A DNA stretch of 62,968 bases, the filler included, from Octopus bimaculoides (lineage: Eukaryota), in the NCBI RefSeq assembly GCF_001194135.2. It is 6 parts of 4 records of this genome, joined end to end, with 100 filler letters (N's around TTAATTAATTAA, not from the genome) between each part and the next. Parts side by side here need not be neighbours in the genome. Positions count along the whole stretch, not along the records: positions 19,347 to 43,681 come from NC_068989.1; positions 43,782 to 54,931 come from NC_068985.1; 4 more parts are not named here. One strand, 5' to 3'. Below, piece by piece: positions 41,201-53,019 of the stretch. The notes under the pieces were generated by a model. The model was not told the DNA's origin, made no database searches, and saw only the letters and a program-made list of their open reading frames with translations. Position 1 is the first letter of the stretch. Each line of letters starts with the position of its first letter. The position numbers and the translations under genes are program-made.

Positions 41201-43369
41201 AAAATTGCCACCGGTGGGTGTGCTTCCACAGAATATGACGTCATGCCGCCCCACATCATTGAACAGGAACTTAGACACAATTCATACGGTTGTATGAAAA
41301 TGTTTAAAGCTGTGGTCAAATCATGACCGGAGTGGGTTGCAACTAGAAGGCCATATCTATAGTAGTAGAATGTGTCAAAAATGGTTGGCGGATAATTTCT
41401 ACTACTTCACCAACCCCAATATATATACATTTATTTATGTCTAGAAAAACAATTATGTGTAATCAATGTCGATTGGAAAAACGGTGAGAGGTTAATTTAC
41501 ATGCAAGCGACATTTTATTAAAACAATCGTAATTTGAAGTTTAATATCAACAATTATTGTATTCATATTGTTCGTGTATATAGGTATTATATCATATTTC
41601 AGTATAGCTTAAACTCTCAAATCTCTGTATAACTGAAGTATCAGGAATTAAGTGAGTTAGAAATATATATGCAATAAACAACGTTGTTTTTTTTTTACAA
41701 AAACCTCAATTGTCTGAAACTGATAAGGAATTCAATTTCGAATTAATTTACATCAAATAAAGAACAACATAAACTGTCTATCTTTAACGATCCACTGCAA
41801 CAGTAACAGTCGCTGGTACACATACGAACTTACACGTACATTTCTTCATCCCCACTTACACAGATATACAGACCCACATACATAAACAGATTTCATGTCT
41901 TTGCTGCCGTAATTCGTTAAACACACAAATACACACACGTATGAGTGTGTATATATACTTCAGTTATATGTCTATGTATATGTGCACATGTATTTGTGTA
42001 TACACGTGTGTGCTTATAAGCGTATGTAAGTGTGTGTATATGAGGGTGTATACGTGAGTGAGTGGGTGGGTGAAAACATCAATTACTTCACGAAGAATAA
42101 AGAATAACATTGCATTCAGATTATCTCGATGTTTCTTTGATGTATAGTCGTCGAGAATATGGTGTGTCGTTGTATTGAAGTGAAAGACAGACAAGTTCAT
42201 GAATTATTATTGAATGCAAAACTTATTTGTTTATTTGAAAGAAATTTCATAAATAGATCTATATTGTCAGATAATATGATCTATGTGAACATAATACCTA
42301 TTTTACTTTCCAAGGAAATTTAAATAATGAGAAATACAATCTATTAGAAAGAAACACACGCTAAAAGAAATTTAAAACATCCTTGAAAGAAATTTGTTTT
42401 TTCATCATCGTATTATAAGGTAAACATCTATTTATAAATTATCGTAAGATTACAGACCTGTTTCAAATAAGCCGTCGCTTTCAATGCTTTGCGCTTCATA
42501 AATTACGGAATGGTTTTAGTGTTCATTAAATCTCTCTAGCGATTATATTATCTGTTAGGAAAATACACTTTAGTTCCAGTCTTTAGTTGCTTTTAGAAGT
42601 TGTTATTTTCTTATGGTTATTAATAAAATGTATTCATCGGGAATGCAGTACATGCAATCAAGGCACACTACACAGAGTCATGGCTAAATCCAAGAACAAA
42701 AGAAAACAAAACCAACTCCCGATGGTTTGAAAAACAATTTTGTCTTCTTTAATATTGCAAATTCACTGACAGATATCCATAAAACGATATGAGCCTCTTC
42801 AAGACATAAACTACAAAGACTAGTAAGGATACGGAGAGGGCTAAGCTCCAACAATACAGAATATCGTTCCACATGACAGCGCATAATGTTCCATAGTGGA
42901 AAATATTTAAGTCGCAAGCAGCTTATTAATCCTTTGTAAATATAACGTAAAATATACAAATATAAGATATTCTCAGATCCGAGGCGGCGTTTGCTATCTA
43001 TAAATATTTCTTTCATTGTACTCTAAAATGCATCACTCCTGACTGGCATGATGCGATTTGCCGCATAATTGCAAAGTCTAGCTTGAAATTGTGGCTTTTC
43101 AGCACCCCGGAATTTTATAGTAACTTCATTGGAACTACATCTCAAACTGTCTTCCTTTGCCAAATTCACCCTGTTAATACCCCATTTACTCCGTATCTCA
43201 TCTCTCTATAGTTCAAATTTATACATATTCATAGTGAACTTGCAATTGTTCTTGGGGAATTATGTAAGAGCGTATAAGTTCTCAGACAAAAAAATTCTAC
43301 AAAAGACAGGAACGGGCCATTCATCTATGGGAAACGAAAAACAATATTTTAAAACATACCATTATTCTT

Positions 43370-43557
43370 TTACTGTTTTACCTGTTTCAGTCATTTGACT
43401 GCGGCCATACTGCAGCATTTAGTCGAACAAATCGACCCAAGAACTTATTCTTTGTAGGCCTGGTATTTATTCTATCGTCTGTTTTGCAGTAGCGGATGTC
43501 AAGCGATGGTCAGGGGACAAACACAGGCGCACAAACATACATACACGCACACACGCA

Positions 43558-43610
<53 letters not shown>

Positions 43611-43681
43611 GTATAGATACGACGAGCTTCTTTCACTCGACCAAATCCACTCACAATTATCTGGTCGGCCCGAAGCTGTAG
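43370..43681 (-). mobile_element. Family B SINE 3' portion
   Basis: Reverse-complement match to 27134-27540; truncated at the join marker. Confidence 0.7.
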
Positions 43682-43958
43682 NNNNNNNNNNNNNNNNNNN
43701 NNNNNNNNNNNNNNNNNNNNNNNNNTTAATTAATTAANNNNNNNNNNNNNNNNNNNNNNNNNNNNNNNNNNNNNNNNNNNNCTGAAATTTACCATGAAAA
43801 ACTCCAGCTAAATTTTAGATAACACTCGCACGATTTTCACTAAGAAAAAAATAAATCAGATTGTTTGCGTGGAATCAACTACCCTGGCTTGCTAATATAC
43901 TACAAAACCCTTTATGTGGTCGGAAAAACGGGTTGGGTGTGGTGGAAGCCTCAGAAAG

Positions 43959-44126
43959 TTTAAATCACATCGGCCTTTTCCGTAAAAAGTGTTGGAGGGA
44001 AATAGGGAAATGACGTCATAAAAGCGAAAGAGATAGAGAGAGCGCAATTTCTTTTGAAGTTGGCATGTGTGTGTGTGTGTGTGTGTAATGTTGCTGGTGT
44101 GTGTATGTGTGTGAGAGAGAGAGAGA

Positions 44127-44157
<31 letters not shown>

Positions 44158-44586
44158 AGAGAGAGAGAGATAACTGAAATTATTTTTATTTCCTTTTTAT
44201 AGTGAGTATGCGAGACAGAAAGTGTGCTGAAGTTCTTTTGTTAGTTTGAGAGAGAGCGGTTATGTATGTATGCATGTATGTGTGTATGTATGAATGGCTA
44301 CAGTGACACACACACACACACACGCAGGTTGTTATGTATGTGTGTGTGTGTCACATACATAACAACCTGCATGTGTATGTGTGTGTGTGTCACTGTAGCC
44401 ATTCATACATACATACATACATACATACATACATACATACATAACCTCTCTGTTTCACACTAACAAAAGAACTTCACCACACTCTGTCTCGCATACTCAC
44501 TATAAAAAGGAAATAAAAATAATTTCAGTTATCTCTCTTTCTTTCTCTCACTCTCCCTCTCTCTCACACATACACACACCAGCAAC

Positions 44587-44622
<36 letters not shown>

Positions 44623-44727
44623 CCAACTTCAAAAGAAATCGTGCTCTCTCTATCTCTTTCACTTTTACGACATCGTTTCCCTCTGTCTCTCCAGCACTTT
44701 TTATGGAAAAGGCCGATGTGATGTAAA
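43959..44727. repeat. 769-bp imperfect palindrome (arms ~380 bp, 9-nt loop 44343-44351)
   Basis: Arms align in reverse complement from tttaaatcacatcggcc to ggccgatgtgatgtaaa, with scattered substitutions and microsatellite length differences. Confidence 0.9.
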
Positions 44728-44920
44728 TAAACACACGTGGGTTAAGTGACAGCTTTGGCGCTGGTATCGTAAGATCACCTTTTACCCATTTATATTGTGT
44801 AATTCACTGACAAACTGTTACATACCTCTTTGTTTCATTGTTGTTAAATAAATGGATTATCAATAAAGTTTTGTCTTCGGCGTGAAATATAAATAAAACT
44901 CTTTCACTCCCAAAGTAGTA

Positions 44921-45521
44921 TGTGAGTGTGTGTGTGTTTGAGTGAGAGAGGGGAGAAAGATGAATGATTTATAATAAATAAATGATTTAAAATAAATATA
45001 TTTTAATTGTTGTGTGAGAAAGTATATATAATCTCATTATAAAATATAGTGTCTTTCAAAAACATTCTATATTTGAAACTATATCTCATGTTTAAGAAAA
45101 AAAAATCATGTTATATTTTCATTTTTCATGAACGCTGACACTGTCTTCNNNNNNNNNNNNNNNNNNNNNNNNNNNNNNNNNNNNNNNNNNNNNNNNNNNN
45201 NNNNNNNNNNNNNNNNNNNNNNNNNNNNNNNNNNNNNNNNNNNNNNNNNNNNNNNNNNNNNNNNNNNNNNNNNNNNNNNNNNNNNNNNNNNNNNNNNNNN
45301 NNNNNNNNNNNNNNNNNNNNNNNNNNNNNNNNNNNNNNNNNNNNNNNNNNNNNNNNNNNNNNNNNNNNNNNNTAGAATGTTTTTGAAAGACACTATATTT
45401 TATAATGAGATTATATATACTTTCTCACACAACAATTAAAATATATTTATTTTAAATCATTTATTTATTATAAATCATTCATCTTTCTCCCCTCTCTCAC
45501 TCAAACACACACACACTCACA
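44921..45521. repeat. Inverted repeat (149-bp arms 44921-45069 / 45373-45521) around a 224-N gap
   Basis: Arms appear identical in reverse complement by eye. Confidence 0.8.
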
Positions 45522-46155
45522 CACACACACATCCTGCCTTTTATATATAGGGATATATTACCTTCGAAACGCGGAGTAGATGAAACAGGGACAACTGAAG
45601 AAGGGGTATATTCTTTATGTTGCATGTCTCGTTTCTCTGTTTTTTTCGTTGTTTGAAAAAATGTTCGTTTTCTATGTTTTCGTTTTTCATTGTGTTCAAC
45701 GTTTTTTTTTTATATTCTGTACCCATGTATGCATGTATATATAAATATATATGTAGGTATATACGCATATATATATGTATAGGGAGAATTCACAAAAAAA
45801 CAACGGACGAAGACAGGTAGTGTAAACAACAAATGGATGTATTAGTATAACGCTTGAGAATAGAGAGAATATATATGTATATATGCATATATTTATATAT
45901 TATTTATATCATATATGTATATATATATATATATATATAAGCAATACTAAATCTCTGAGCGAGGTATAAACAGTAGCTGCATGATATCCAGAAGTATATT
46001 TGCCACCTAAATGTGGCTAACCCTTAAGGGTTGATGCTACTGTAGCTTGTAGCCTCAAGAAGACATCTCCTCCAGCTGGCTATTGACACACTTTCTGTGC
46101 CCTATCAGTATTTGCAAAGGGAAGTCATCTTTCCCATCTCCAGCCTGACAGGATA

Positions 46156-46200
46156 CACATGGACCCAAGTTTCTGGGTATTGACCTGTCATCAGCATGTG
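46156..46200 (-). ncRNA. Minimal type I hammerhead ribozyme, unit 1 (stem II partly decayed)
   Basis: CACAUG-CUGAUGA-CAGG UCAAUA CCCA-GAAAC UUGG GUC-CAUGUG; perfect 6-bp stem I and GUC cleavage triplet. Confidence 0.7.
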
Positions 46201-46513
46201 ACAACCACCAGTTGGCAATGTGAAGTGGTTCTCAAGGCAAATATATATATACTTTTTCCATTGACGTAAAGTCACTGATCTTGGAAAAGTGGAAACAAGC
46301 AATACTAAATCTCTGAGTGAGGTATAAACAGTAGCTGCACAGCATCGTGAAGTACATTTGCCACTTAGATGTGGCTAACCCTTAAGGGTTGATGCTACTA
46401 TAGCTTGTAGCCCCAGAAAGACATCTCCTCCAGCTGGCTATTGACACACTTTCTGTGTCCTATCAGTATTTGCAAAGGGAAGTCATCTTTCCTATCTGCA
46501 GCCTGACGTGATA

Positions 46514-46558
46514 CACACAGACCTGAGTTTCTGGGTATTGACCCGTCATCAGCGTGTG
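46514..46558 (-). ncRNA. Minimal type I hammerhead ribozyme, unit 2
   Basis: CACACG-CUGAUGA-CGGG UCAAUA CCCA-GAAAC UCAG GUC-UGUGUG; stem I 6 bp (one G-U), stem II GGG/CCC, GUC triplet. Confidence 0.75.
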
Positions 46559-46764
46559 ACAACCATTGGTTGGCGATAGGAAGTAGTTCTCAATGCAAAT
46601 ATATATATATACTTTTTCCAGAAACTCGGGTCCATGTGTATCACATCAGACTGGAGATGGGGAAGATGCTACTGGGGCTACAAGCTATACAGTAGTATCA
46701 ACCCTTAAGGGTTAGCCACATTTAGGTGGCAAATATAATATATATATATATTTATATATATATA

Positions 46765-46916
46765 AGAATTTACGAAAAAACAACAGACGAAGACAGGTGG
46801 TGTAAGCAACAAATGGATGTATTAGTTTAACACTCAGGAATAGAGAAACTCATTGATGTTTCAAGCCTACGCTCTTCAACTGAAAGGAACACAGAAAGAG
46901 ATAAGGAGAGAAACAA
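46765..46916 (-). mobile_element. Dispersed repeat with a degenerate hammerhead-like motif (a truncated copy lies at ~45781-45870)
   Basis: - strand: gUUGAAGA GC gtag GC uuGAAAC AUC; the two copies flank the retrozyme-like array as direct repeats. Confidence 0.45.
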
Positions 46917-48046
46917 NNNNNNNNNNNNNNNNNNNNNNNNNNNNNNNNNNNNNNNNNNNNNNNNNNNNNNNNNNNNNNNNNNNNNNNNNNNNNNNNNNNN
47001 NNNNNNNNNNNNNNNNTCATCAATGAGTTCTTGAAACTTGGTTATTTTCCCTAAAACTATATATATGTATATGTATATTTTTTATAGTTTAATTCTTCTT
47101 AAAGGAACACTCAGTGCCCCTTCGTCCACCTCACCCACCCATCACCTACCAGCTTTCAAAAAGCTAAAATCTCCCAATCTTTCACTTTTGGCTGATGTTT
47201 CCCGCATGCATAGAATTCCACTGAAATAGTAGACTTAAAAAATACCAGACCACCACCAGAAAACACAATATGCTAGAAACAACAGGTAAACAATATTATT
47301 TCTGAAGAAACTTCCCTGCTTTCCAGAAAGCTAAAAGTGAAACATTGGAAGTGTGTAGCTTTTGAAAGTGATGAGGTAATGGGTAAAATTCTTACAGATT
47401 CGTACTCTCTGTTTTTTCTCCATGGAAATATGAAAAAAGTAAGAAATCAATTTGGTGTGGAGACGGAGAAAATGAAAATATTGAGAGCATGTTTTGTGGG
47501 TGAAATCTTAATCTCCTGTATCGCAAACATAAGAATCGGAAGAAATTTAGAAGAAAAAAAAGTGTGGAGGACAGAAATGTCATCTCAGACATGCTAGAAA
47601 GAAGAAGTAAAGGACAGGATATCTGGGAAAACTTCCTTTTAAGTTTATATGGAAGATCAGGTTTTTAAATACACTCATCACAAACACAAATTACACAATA
47701 GATAAAGATCATTTCAATTGGGTTTGAGCTGTAAATTTGCACGTGCACACTGCAAAAATTAACATAATTCTCACAGAAGTTTTATCTTGAGTGTGTGCAT
47801 GCATGTGTGTATGTTAGAGGAAGTTATTTTATGGTATTATTTCATTTGAAGAAGTAAAGTTGTCAACTCAACATATATGGGATCAGATGATTGTTTGTTA
47901 ATTTCCATAAAATTGTTTTAATTTCTGTATGCTTTGAAGAGAGCAGAAATTGAAAGAGAGGATAAAGTGAAAAGGCGACAATTTCTTTGAAGTGAGAGGA
48001 GAAAGTGTAAGATATACATGTATATGAAATGGACGTGTGTGTGTGT

Positions 48047-48082
<36 letters not shown>

Positions 48083-48904
48083 AAGAGAGAGAGAATAAGT
48101 GAGTGAAGGTATGTGTTGTGATGTATGAAATTTTTTGTATGTATGTGCAAGTGGCACTCACTTGCTCTCTCTCACACACACACATTATCTTTCATATACA
48201 TGTACATAAAGAGTTGAAGTAAAGAATACGCACATCACCCATTTTCGGCATAACCCTAACCCTAGGCACCAGGAGTGCATATTCTTGACCTTCACCCATA
48301 AATACATATGTATGCGTCTTTTTTGTGCATGAGAGAGAGAGAGAGTGAGGCTATATTTCCTCATAACATATAGAAAAATGGATGTCTTTTAATTCAATTT
48401 TTTTGGTTGTGGCTTATTTTAATACAATATTTATGTGTACGTTTTCATAAATGTTTGTCTGAGTAGAATTCTACACATGTGCAAAACATCGGACAAAAGT
48501 GATAAATTAGAATCAAATCAAAATATTGTCTGAAAATGACCTCAAAATTGTACGACCCAACCTAGTTGCTGAGGTTATTTTAGTTGTTAAAAAGAGTTGC
48601 TGAGTCAAAAACATAGTTTATTTGGTAGATAGATAATAAGCAGCTTTCTTTATTATAATACACATGTGACTAATTCAGAGAAACATTGCTTTCATTATTC
48701 ACACATCATCACTCTTGTAATGCAACACTTTGTAATTTTGGTTGAAATTGAAGGTGTTTAAGTATTTTAATTTTGTAATGAAACCTGCATGTTGTAGAGG
48801 AGTGTATTTGAAATAACTATAGCTGGTTATTGAGATAACGTAGAAAATAGGTAAATGAAAATAAGGTTTATTTAACATGTGTAATTGATTTGATTGTTCT
48901 GGAA

Positions 48905-49026
48905 GGCGGCAAGCTGACAGAATCGTTAGCATGCCAAGCAAAATGCTTGAGTATTTCGCCAGTTTTTACGTTCTGAGTTCAAATGCCCCCCAAAATTTCA
49001 GGCCTTGTGCCTATAGTAGAAACGAT
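48905..49026 (+). mobile_element. Family A SINE, head fused directly to tail (internal deletion)
   Basis: ggcggcaagctgacagaatcgttagc...gagttcaaat joined to aaaatttcaggccttgtgcctatagtagaa. Confidence 0.65.
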
Positions 49027-50559
49027 TTGATTGTTCTGGTCTTAACATCAGTTGATAAGAATAGAAGTCATTTGATGACACTCTTTTGTTTGTAATTGGC
49101 TATCCTGTTGCAGGTTCAATCCATGGAATATTGAAATAATATTCCATCTTGTCTATTCCACAGAATAAGAGTATACTGGAGAGCATCATAAGAGGGATAA
49201 GTCTGTGAAACATGTTTAAGGTTTTTATCTTGAACATGAATGAGAATATCATGATTTTCAATGGGATCACCAATCATAAGGATGGCTACTTCATTAGATG
49301 TGGGCTCATTAAAACAGCGTAAAATGTTCTTTACTATAGTTTACTATAGATGTAACAAATGCAAAAACACACACATACTCATAGAATTGATAATACTGAA
49401 AACAGTAAAACATACACACACGAAGTTCAAGCAAAATGAAATGTAATCAATATAGGTGCAAAACAGTTTCTGTAGCATTGTTATGCTATAAAAAAATGGA
49501 AAGTCACCAATTTAGCAAAAGTTAGTATGTGTCACCAATGTAAGAAAGTACAGAAAGTCAACATTTATTTGGAACATGTACTAAATGTTATAATTCATGA
49601 TTGAATGAATGTCACAGTGAAGAAAGTGAAAGTCCAAGAAAATCCGGAAAGCATAATTCAATTTTTCATAGAAAAATAATTTACTTTACAATTTTGAAAC
49701 GAATACTGAACCAAGTGTATAAAAAAGGAAGAAGCTGTTTTTGAACTGTGTAACATTATAGGCTGTAGAATAAATACTGAGTAATGCAGTAAAAAGCTTG
49801 CGCAACGTTGATCTTAAAACTGGTTAGAAGGAGTGGAATAACATTTCTGTAATTATATTGAGAGAGCCGCTGAGGCTTTCTACTTCACCAAGTTTCCAAA
49901 TTTGTTATAATAACTAGAATAATCTTTTTTTTTACAGATATATTTGCAAGTATTATAAGTGGTGTTAAATCAGCCAAATCTTCATGAAAGTGAACGTTGT
50001 TATTTGTTTGAAGTCCAGGCCACAAGTTAACTTGCAATACCGGCATGTTTCACTGTTGGTGGAGGGGGGGAGTTACATACATAAACTAAGAGACACACAC
50101 ATACATTAATGCACACCTGAAGCCTATCTCTGTCCCTGTGTGTGTCTGCCTCTATCTTTAGATGTGTGTGTGTGTGTCAGTTGTCACAAAAATATATGTA
50201 TACTGACAGACACGTACACCGTCACACACATATACTTGTCAGTCATCGAACGTACAAACACATATAGAAAATGTGACGTCATCGTCGTGGTGGTGGTAAA
50301 AGATGTCATTTACGATAGGTGACTAAAAGAAAAATGATAATCTTAAATTTTTGTAATACAAATAAGTGAATGAAAATANNNNNNNNNNTTAAATTTTTGT
50401 AATACAAATAAGTGAATGAAAATATAGTTTAGTTGGTAGCCAAAAGCTTACTGAATCTTTTGATATCCCATAAGTCAAAAACGGCAACTCGGTTTTGGAA
50501 TGCATAAGGAACAAACGCGCACACGCACAGAGACAAACTCACTTTTATATAGATATAGA

Positions 50560-53017
50560 TAGTAGATTACTATTTGGTCTAAAGGTTGCACCTGAAGTTT
50601 TTCAACAGGTTATTGATGCATTGTTAGCGAACTGTGAATTTGCAATTCCATACCTGGATGATATATTAATTAAAAGTGAATCTTGTGATCAGCATGTCAA
50701 GGATGTAAATTGTGTTTTTGAAAAAATAAGAAAATGTGGTTTTATGCTGAGTAAGATAAAATGTGAATTTTTTTACCTAAAATTAAGTATTTAGTACAAA
50801 TTACCAACAGCAAAATAAAAATATGCCTCCTCTTACTAATGACCTTACAAGCTTTTCTAGGTCTAGAGAATTATTATCAAAATTATATACCAAATATGCA
50901 TGAATTGGGAGCTCCACTAAATAATTTTCTAAAAAAGGATGTGAAGTGGAATTGGTCAAATAATTGTCAAAAGGCATTTGATGATATTTAAAAAAATATT
51001 AATATCGGATTTGTTGCTAGCTCATTTCAATACTGCAGCAGAGATAGTTGTAGCTTGACACATTCTGAATACGGCATAGAAACAGTAATGCTACATAAAT
51101 ATAAAGACAGTAATATGAAGGCTGTGGTTCATGCCTCATGTTCTCTGATAGCGGCAGAGAAAAACTATAGTCAAATAGAAAAAGAAGCTCTAGTGATCAT
51201 TTTTGCTGTGAAGAAATTTCATAGATTTTTGCATGGTAGAAGTTTTTGGCTACAAACTGATCACCAACCATTATTATCAAATTTTGGTTCAAAGAAAGGA
51301 ATTCTTACCCATACTGCAAATAGGTATCAACACTGGGATACAATATTGTTAAATTATGACTCTAAGATGGAGTATATACCATCCAAGAGGTTAGGCCATG
51401 CAGATTATTTATCAAGGCTAATTCCAAAAAATAAGAACTATTCAAAGATATCATGATTGCTGTGTTGCAAGCAGAAAATGAAATAAAAAAAGATTTTGTA
51501 TAATGCCACTCGGGAGCTGCCAGTAACTGTTCAAGATATGAAATTAAAATCAGAGAATGACAAATTCATTGTAAAGATGAAAAAGAAAATAAAAATATAC
51601 ATCACACAAATATGAACCATTTTTCTCATTGTGATAATGTGTTGATGTACACACCAAGAGTTGTAATGCCAGCTGCACTACAAAAGCATGTATTAAGTGA
51701 ATTTCTTATGGGACACCCAAGAATTTAAGGAATGAAATCAGTAATGAGTAGTTATGTGTATTGACCTACTATGGATCATGATATTGGCGAAATCCTGCAG
51801 AGGTTGTGCTCTTGCAGCAAAGTCACCACCAGTGAAATTTCAATCGTGGCCTAAGACAGACAGTCAGTGATCCAGGCTACATATAGATTTTGCTGGACAG
51901 TAAATGGCACGTATTGTCTGATCATAGTAGACAGCTATACCAAGTGTCTGGTGATATGTAAATGCAGTCAACCAATCTTAAAGGTAATAATAAGGTTCCT
52001 TCATGAACTTTTTGCGTGATACGGTGTTCTGGACACCATAGTGTTAGTTAACGGAAAGCAGTTTTCAGGGTATGAATTTAAAAACGTCTGTGAGAGGTAT
52101 GCAGTCAATCACATCTCTATTCTGCTGTACTACCCGAGATCAAATGGGCAAGCAGAAAGGTTTGTAAATGCATTTAACTGAGCACTAAAAAAAATCAGGA
52201 AATGAATTAGGCAATGATGCAGCACAAATACAATTCTTACAGGTTTACAGGGTAACACCTAACCCAAACGCCTGTTCAGGCAAGTCACCCACAGAGTTAA
52301 TGTTTGCTCTGATGATAAAATCAATTTTTGATAAATTGTTACCTACATAAAAAACTTATAGGGAAAACCCAAGTAACACAACAAAGTATTTTAATGTGGG
52401 CAATAAAGTTCATTTCAAAATATATAAGAATGGAAGACAAGGCTGGGAGGATGGTATAGTGACAAAAAGAATAGGCAGTATGATGTACATAACAAAAGGT
52501 CGAGTAGGAGAGCACAAACCACATTTGAGCCAGTTGAAGACAAGACATAGCGAAGAAAGAGAAGAAATACTGATGGAAATTTGTTATGATTTGTTCAATC
52601 TTCCAGCACCAAAAGAGGTTGGACCTAGCCAGATCAGCAATAGAAAACGTAAGCAAACAGGACTAGAAATAGTCCCTAAGCGAAAGAAGTATTAAAACTT
52701 CTGAGGAAATTAAAATCTCAAAAAAGGGGAAGGTGATGATGAAAAAAATATAGAATAAAACTAAATAAACAATTTGCACTTCCTACAGAAGTCAAATCTC
52801 AAAAGGGGAGATGTTATGGCAAGAATCATGATACCCCTTGTGAGAATGGACTAGCCAAACTCGTATAAGTAGCAGTGTGTTTGCCTGAGAGCAAGAGATG
52901 AGAAATCACAGGAAGTTGAAAGGTGTCATTCGTGAGTTCATGGAGTCTCAGGAAATTGTTGAGAAGTAGTTATAGTTCGTTGAGAGTTGTTTGGGATTGG
53001 TTATAGGCAGACACAAA
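50560..53017 (+). mobile_element. Decayed Ty3/Gypsy LTR retrotransposon (RT-RNaseH-integrase), PPT and probable 3' LTR
   Basis: RT PYLDDILI (50651-50662), RNase H NYSQIEKEALVIIFAVKKFH...TDHQPL...HADYLSRL, integrase LHIDFAG...IVDSYTK...PRSNGQAERF. Many stops and frameshifts. PPT aaaaggggaga at 52801-52811 followed by TG. Confidence 0.85.
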
Positions 53018-53019
53018 AG

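Larger units (their letters stand above)
45939..46737 (-). mobile_element. Retrozyme-like tandem repeat: 358-bp unit (45939-46296), second unit (46297-46620), inverted deleted fragment (46621-46737)
   Basis: Both units start aagcaatactaaatctctgag, 358 bp apart, and each carries a hammerhead core on the - strand. Confidence 0.8.

Noticed and set aside
42684-43016. 110-aa ORF with KEIFIDSKRRLGSENI, faintly IS3-like
   Set aside because: Short resemblance only; no downstream DDE motifs recognisable.
48250-48266. taaccctaaccct telomere-like repeat
   Set aside because: Only two units; expected by chance.
49113-49140. Possible terminal exon (ttgcag|G SIHGILK stop) followed by UTR-like DNA
   Set aside because: No recognisable protein similarity, does not fit an EHMT C-terminus, and no upstream partner exon found.
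50343-50424. 36-bp direct repeat flanking a 10-N gap
   Set aside because: Typical unresolved contig overlap, an assembly artefact.
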